The translations under genes were made by a program, and so were the position numbers. Shown piece by piece: positions 61,527 to 64,000 of a DNA stretch of 64,000 bases. The stretch is from positions 64,001 through 128,000 of IMG/VR virus record IMGVR_UViG_3300034358_000044; one strand, given 5' to 3'. Position 1 is the first letter of the stretch. Each line of letters starts with the position of its first letter. Under the pieces are notes generated by a model that ran no database searches, was not told the origin of the DNA, and saw only the letters and a list, made by a program, of their open reading frames with translations. The stretch comes from a virus.

Positions 61527-61820
61527 GTGGTGGTGCGCAGGGACCTGCCTACGGGCACGGCTCTCGCGCAGACCGTCCACGCGGCCGGAGAGACTTCCCC
61601 AGGGAACCTCCCCGACCACACCTACGCCGTAGTCCTTGCCGCTGAACACGAGGAAGCCCTCCTCAAGCTTGAGCTGCGTCTGCAGCTCGCTGGCATCCCC
61701 CACAAGGTCATTCGAGAACCGGACTCGCCCTGGAACAACCAGGCGATGGCCATCGGCATTGTGCCGTGTGGTCGCTCAACGGTGCGGAAGGTGCTCTCGC
61801 ACCTGCCGCTCTACAGGTAG
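61527..61820 (+). CDS. Peptidyl-tRNA hydrolase 2 (Pth2)-like protein; start uncertain
   Basis: YVVVRRDLPTGTALAQTVHAA...AVVL...IREPD...AIGI...LSHLPL. Confidence 0.8.
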   Translation: MVVRRDLPTGTALAQTVHAAGETSPGNLPDHTYAVVLAAEHEEALLKLELRLQLAGIPHKVIREPDSPWNNQAMAIGIVPCGRSTVRKVLSHLPLYR

Positions 61821-61829
61821 GAGTGCGCC

Positions 61830-62114
61830 ATGAAGCTGGACAGAGAGAAGCTGCGTTCGGAGTTGAAGACCATCATCCCCGAGATACGGGCTTTGAAGAA
61901 ACTCCAGAGGGAGAGTCATCAGCCAAACTACGGATACCGCGAGCACTACCGGAGACTTCATCTGAAGAAGCAGACCAACTTGCTCTGTACGCTTCTGGCG
62001 CACTCGCGTGGGCACATCCATAGGAAGGGTATGACCCTAGAAGAGCAGGCTGCGCTGATGGCCGAGAAAGCCTCGACCTACGTGCGCCCCCAGGAATCAG
62101 CCGTAGCTGCTTAG
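61830..62114 (+). CDS. Hypothetical basic helical protein
   Basis: GGAG RBS, ATG. Confidence 0.7.
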   Translation: MKLDREKLRSELKTIIPEIRALKKLQRESHQPNYGYREHYRRLHLKKQTNLLCTLLAHSRGHIHRKGMTLEEQAALMAEKASTYVRPQESAVAA

Positions 62115-62299
62115 GGCGCCCCCCTGCGACCCCACCACCACCATCCACCGCCACCACCAAGAAGAACCAGGACTACGACGATGATGAGTATCAGTTCGAG
62201 GCTCATGGTGGAGACATATGGAGCATCTTCCGCGCCACTCCGAACTGCTGGCAACTACTAGGGCGAAGAAAGCCTTCCATCAAGATGATAGCTAACAAA

Positions 62300-62339
62300 A
62301 GCTGCACGGGGACTTGTCCACCGACTTCCCCGTGCAGCT
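62300..62339. terminator. 13-bp inverted repeat between convergent genes
   Basis: AGCTGCACGGGGA ... TCCCCGTGCAGCT. Confidence 0.5.
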
Positions 62340-62352
62340 AGTTGTTCCTCGA

Positions 62353-62547
62353 CTACTTGTCCTTCGGCGGAATCTGGAGACCGAAGAGGAACCCAGGACC
62401 ATTGCCCTCGGGATCCTGAGAGACCTCGATCTTCGACTTGTCATCCAAGGTGAAGAAGGGGAATCCGTCCTTGTTGACCCCCGTCTTCACGATGGTCCGC
62501 CCTTCCAGGCCCTTCATGTACTTCTTCATGAACGTGTTGTCGTCCAT
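62353..62547 (-). CDS. Hypothetical protein
   Basis: MDDNTFMKKY...; tightly packed. Confidence 0.65.
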   Translation of the reverse strand: MDDNTFMKKYMKGLEGRTIVKTGVNKDGFPFFTLDDKSKIEVSQDPEGNGPGFLFGLQIPPKDK

Positions 62548-62548
62548 G

Positions 62549-62668
62549 TCAGTCGTCCCGGTCAGGCATGTTCTCGGGAGGGTACTCCTCCTCGTCGGAA
62601 CCCTCCTCCGCCGCGATGGCCTCGTCCTCGTCGTCCTTGTCGTCGTCGTCTTCGTCTGGTCCACGCAT
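62549..62668 (-). CDS. Highly acidic 39-aa microprotein (not in ORF track)
   Basis: GGAG-N7-ATG; MRGPDEDDDDKDDEDEAIAAEEGSDEEEYPPENMPDRDD*; exactly fills the gap between neighbours. Confidence 0.6.
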   Translation of the reverse strand: MRGPDEDDDDKDDEDEAIAAEEGSDEEEYPPENMPDRDD

Positions 62669-62669
62669 G

Positions 62670-62903
62670 TTAATGCTCCGTCTCCAGGATCGAGACATGG
62701 CGCTTCTCCGCCTTCTCGATCAGGTCCTTGATGTACGTCTCGACACCCTTCGCCTTCACCTGCTTCTTCAGCATGCTGCGCAACGCCTTGGCCTGCTCCC
62801 TCGTCTTCCGAAGCTTCTTCTCCAGCTTCAGATTCTTCTCGTGCAACTCCATGATGCGGGCTGCCATCTCGATTATGAACTGCTCTCGTTCTGCTCTGTT
62901 CAT
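62670..62903 (-). CDS. Basic coiled-coil hypothetical protein
   Basis: MNRAEREQF...; tightly packed. Confidence 0.65.
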   Translation of the reverse strand: MNRAEREQFIIEMAARIMELHEKNLKLEKKLRKTREQAKALRSMLKKQVKAKGVETYIKDLIEKAEKRHVSILETEH

Positions 62904-62905
62904 GG

Positions 62906-63130
62906 TTATCGACCCTCGATTGGGAAGTACTGCTTCATGAGTGCCACTCTTCTGTAGATGTCCTGATACGATTGACTCAACTCGGCTACTTGCTTCAGGA
63001 GCTCCGATGGTGCTCCTTGAGCTGAGAGGCGTTGGTAGAAGATGTAGAACGTCTTCCACCCTTCCAGCGCGTACTCCTCTTCTGCTGCTACATCCTTGTG
63101 GAAGACCGGTTCAGCAACGTTGATGCTCAT
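62906..63130 (-). CDS. Hypothetical protein
   Basis: Coupled start. Confidence 0.6.
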   Translation of the reverse strand: MSINVAEPVFHKDVAAEEEYALEGWKTFYIFYQRLSAQGAPSELLKQVAELSQSYQDIYRRVALMKQYFPIEGR

Positions 63131-63468
63131 CCGGACCTCCCATTCAACTGCGCGTCACACGCGGCACAGAATTGTGGTTCTTCATCACCTGGGTCGTTGT
63201 TGAGGACGTAGTCGATGACACATCCGTAGTGGAGGGATGCCTCTTCGTCCCCGTTGTCATCGGGATCTTCGATGACCATTGGTCGCCCACTCTTGGCACC
63301 GAAACCGGATACTCCTGGCGTCATGTGGAGGCACAGGTCTCCCACCACGATGGGCAACTGACAGTAGGTACAGAGAAGTTCCTGGATGACGACAGGTTCC
63401 CTCCTCGGTGCTGCAGCCTCCTCAGCGTAGAATTGAGGAGGAGCAAACGGTAGATTCCACTCAGCCAT
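63127..63468 (-). CDS. Zn-binding hypothetical protein
   Basis: AGGAGG RBS; CTYC...HYGC...CAAC. Confidence 0.65.
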   Translation of the reverse strand: MAEWNLPFAPPQFYAEEAAAPRREPVVIQELLCTYCQLPIVVGDLCLHMTPGVSGFGAKSGRPMVIEDPDDNGDEEASLHYGCVIDYVLNNDPGDEEPQFCAACDAQLNGRSG

Positions 63469-63838
63469 GCTGCCTCCTGAGAATGAGTTGAAGGAAGGAC
63501 GACTGCCACCCGCATCTGGTGCAGCCGGCAATGAATCCAGGTTCGCCCTCATCGGGCTGACTTGATTGAAAGAAACCTGGGATCCACCTTTCGATTCGAG
63601 TTTCTTTGTCGGTGATGAAGGTGCTTTTCAGGCACGCATCACACTCCCAACCAGCTTGTTGATCCTGCATCCCTACGAGCCACTGAGTCATGAGAGAGCA
63701 GGTGCCGCAGTCGAAGGCCCTTCCACACAATCCCGGAATGGGAGTGCCATCGATGATAGGCCTCATCTTCTTGTCGAACCTCCCACCGTGAGCTTGGAAG
63801 TAGAGTGGGCAGAAAGCGGTCTTGGTTGGGTCCGACAT
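63461..63838 (-). CDS. Cys-rich hypothetical protein
   Basis: Several CxxC motifs. Confidence 0.65.
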   Translation of the reverse strand: MSDPTKTAFCPLYFQAHGGRFDKKMRPIIDGTPIPGLCGRAFDCGTCSLMTQWLVGMQDQQAGWECDACLKSTFITDKETRIERWIPGFFQSSQPDEGEPGFIAGCTRCGWQSSFLQLILRRQHG

Positions 63839-64000
63839 TTCAACCTTCGATAGAGACCCAGAGAAGGATGAGCCTCTGATGGTAGATGATGAGGATTTGC
63901 AGAATGAGCGCCGTGACGAAGAAACTCACTCGTCTTTTTCCTCAGGCTCCTCTGGAACTGGCTCATCATTCACGGCCCCGTTGAGGGCGTCGTCGTTTTC

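Noticed and set aside
62114-62170. CCA/CAC-rich microsatellite-like run
   Set aside because: Short and imperfect; no supportable function

Overview
This 64-kb window is a segment of a GC-rich, large contractile-tailed dsDNA (probably jumbo) phage genome. The host is plausibly Myxococcota; this is an inference from the 'DAG'-repeat exported proteins and the signalling genes. Layout: (+) baseplate, tail-fibre/tailspike and lysis genes (1-19.3 kb); (-) a CheY-like receiver, a Ro60/TROVE (Rsr) gene, a Bro-N-like gene and a ~9-kb array of 43 CCA-less tRNA genes covering all 20 amino acids (19.3-31.3 kb); (-) a small-gene/replication block (31.6-55.2 kb) with a histone-fold protein, RusA, ThyX, dNMP kinase, Cas4-like nuclease, RecA, HU, HNH, PolA, primase, DnaB, UDG and an intein-split SF2 helicase; (+) head genes with the portal, a CUA-anticodon tRNA-like gene and a Pth2-like gene; (-) small ORFs. 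The most striking signal is an elaborate phage Ro60-Y RNA system. It has two permuted tRNA-like YrlA-type RNAs inside the tRNA array, a ~500-nt non-coding array of 4-5 bulged-helix Ro-binding modules upstream of rsr, and a circularly permuted Ro site abutting the rsr ribosome-binding site, suggesting autoregulation. Other highlights: a Bd0055-like bacterial histone, a diguanylate cyclase, tRNA-His(AUG) and a class-3 intein. All assignments come from reading motifs by eye; no searches or folding programs were run.
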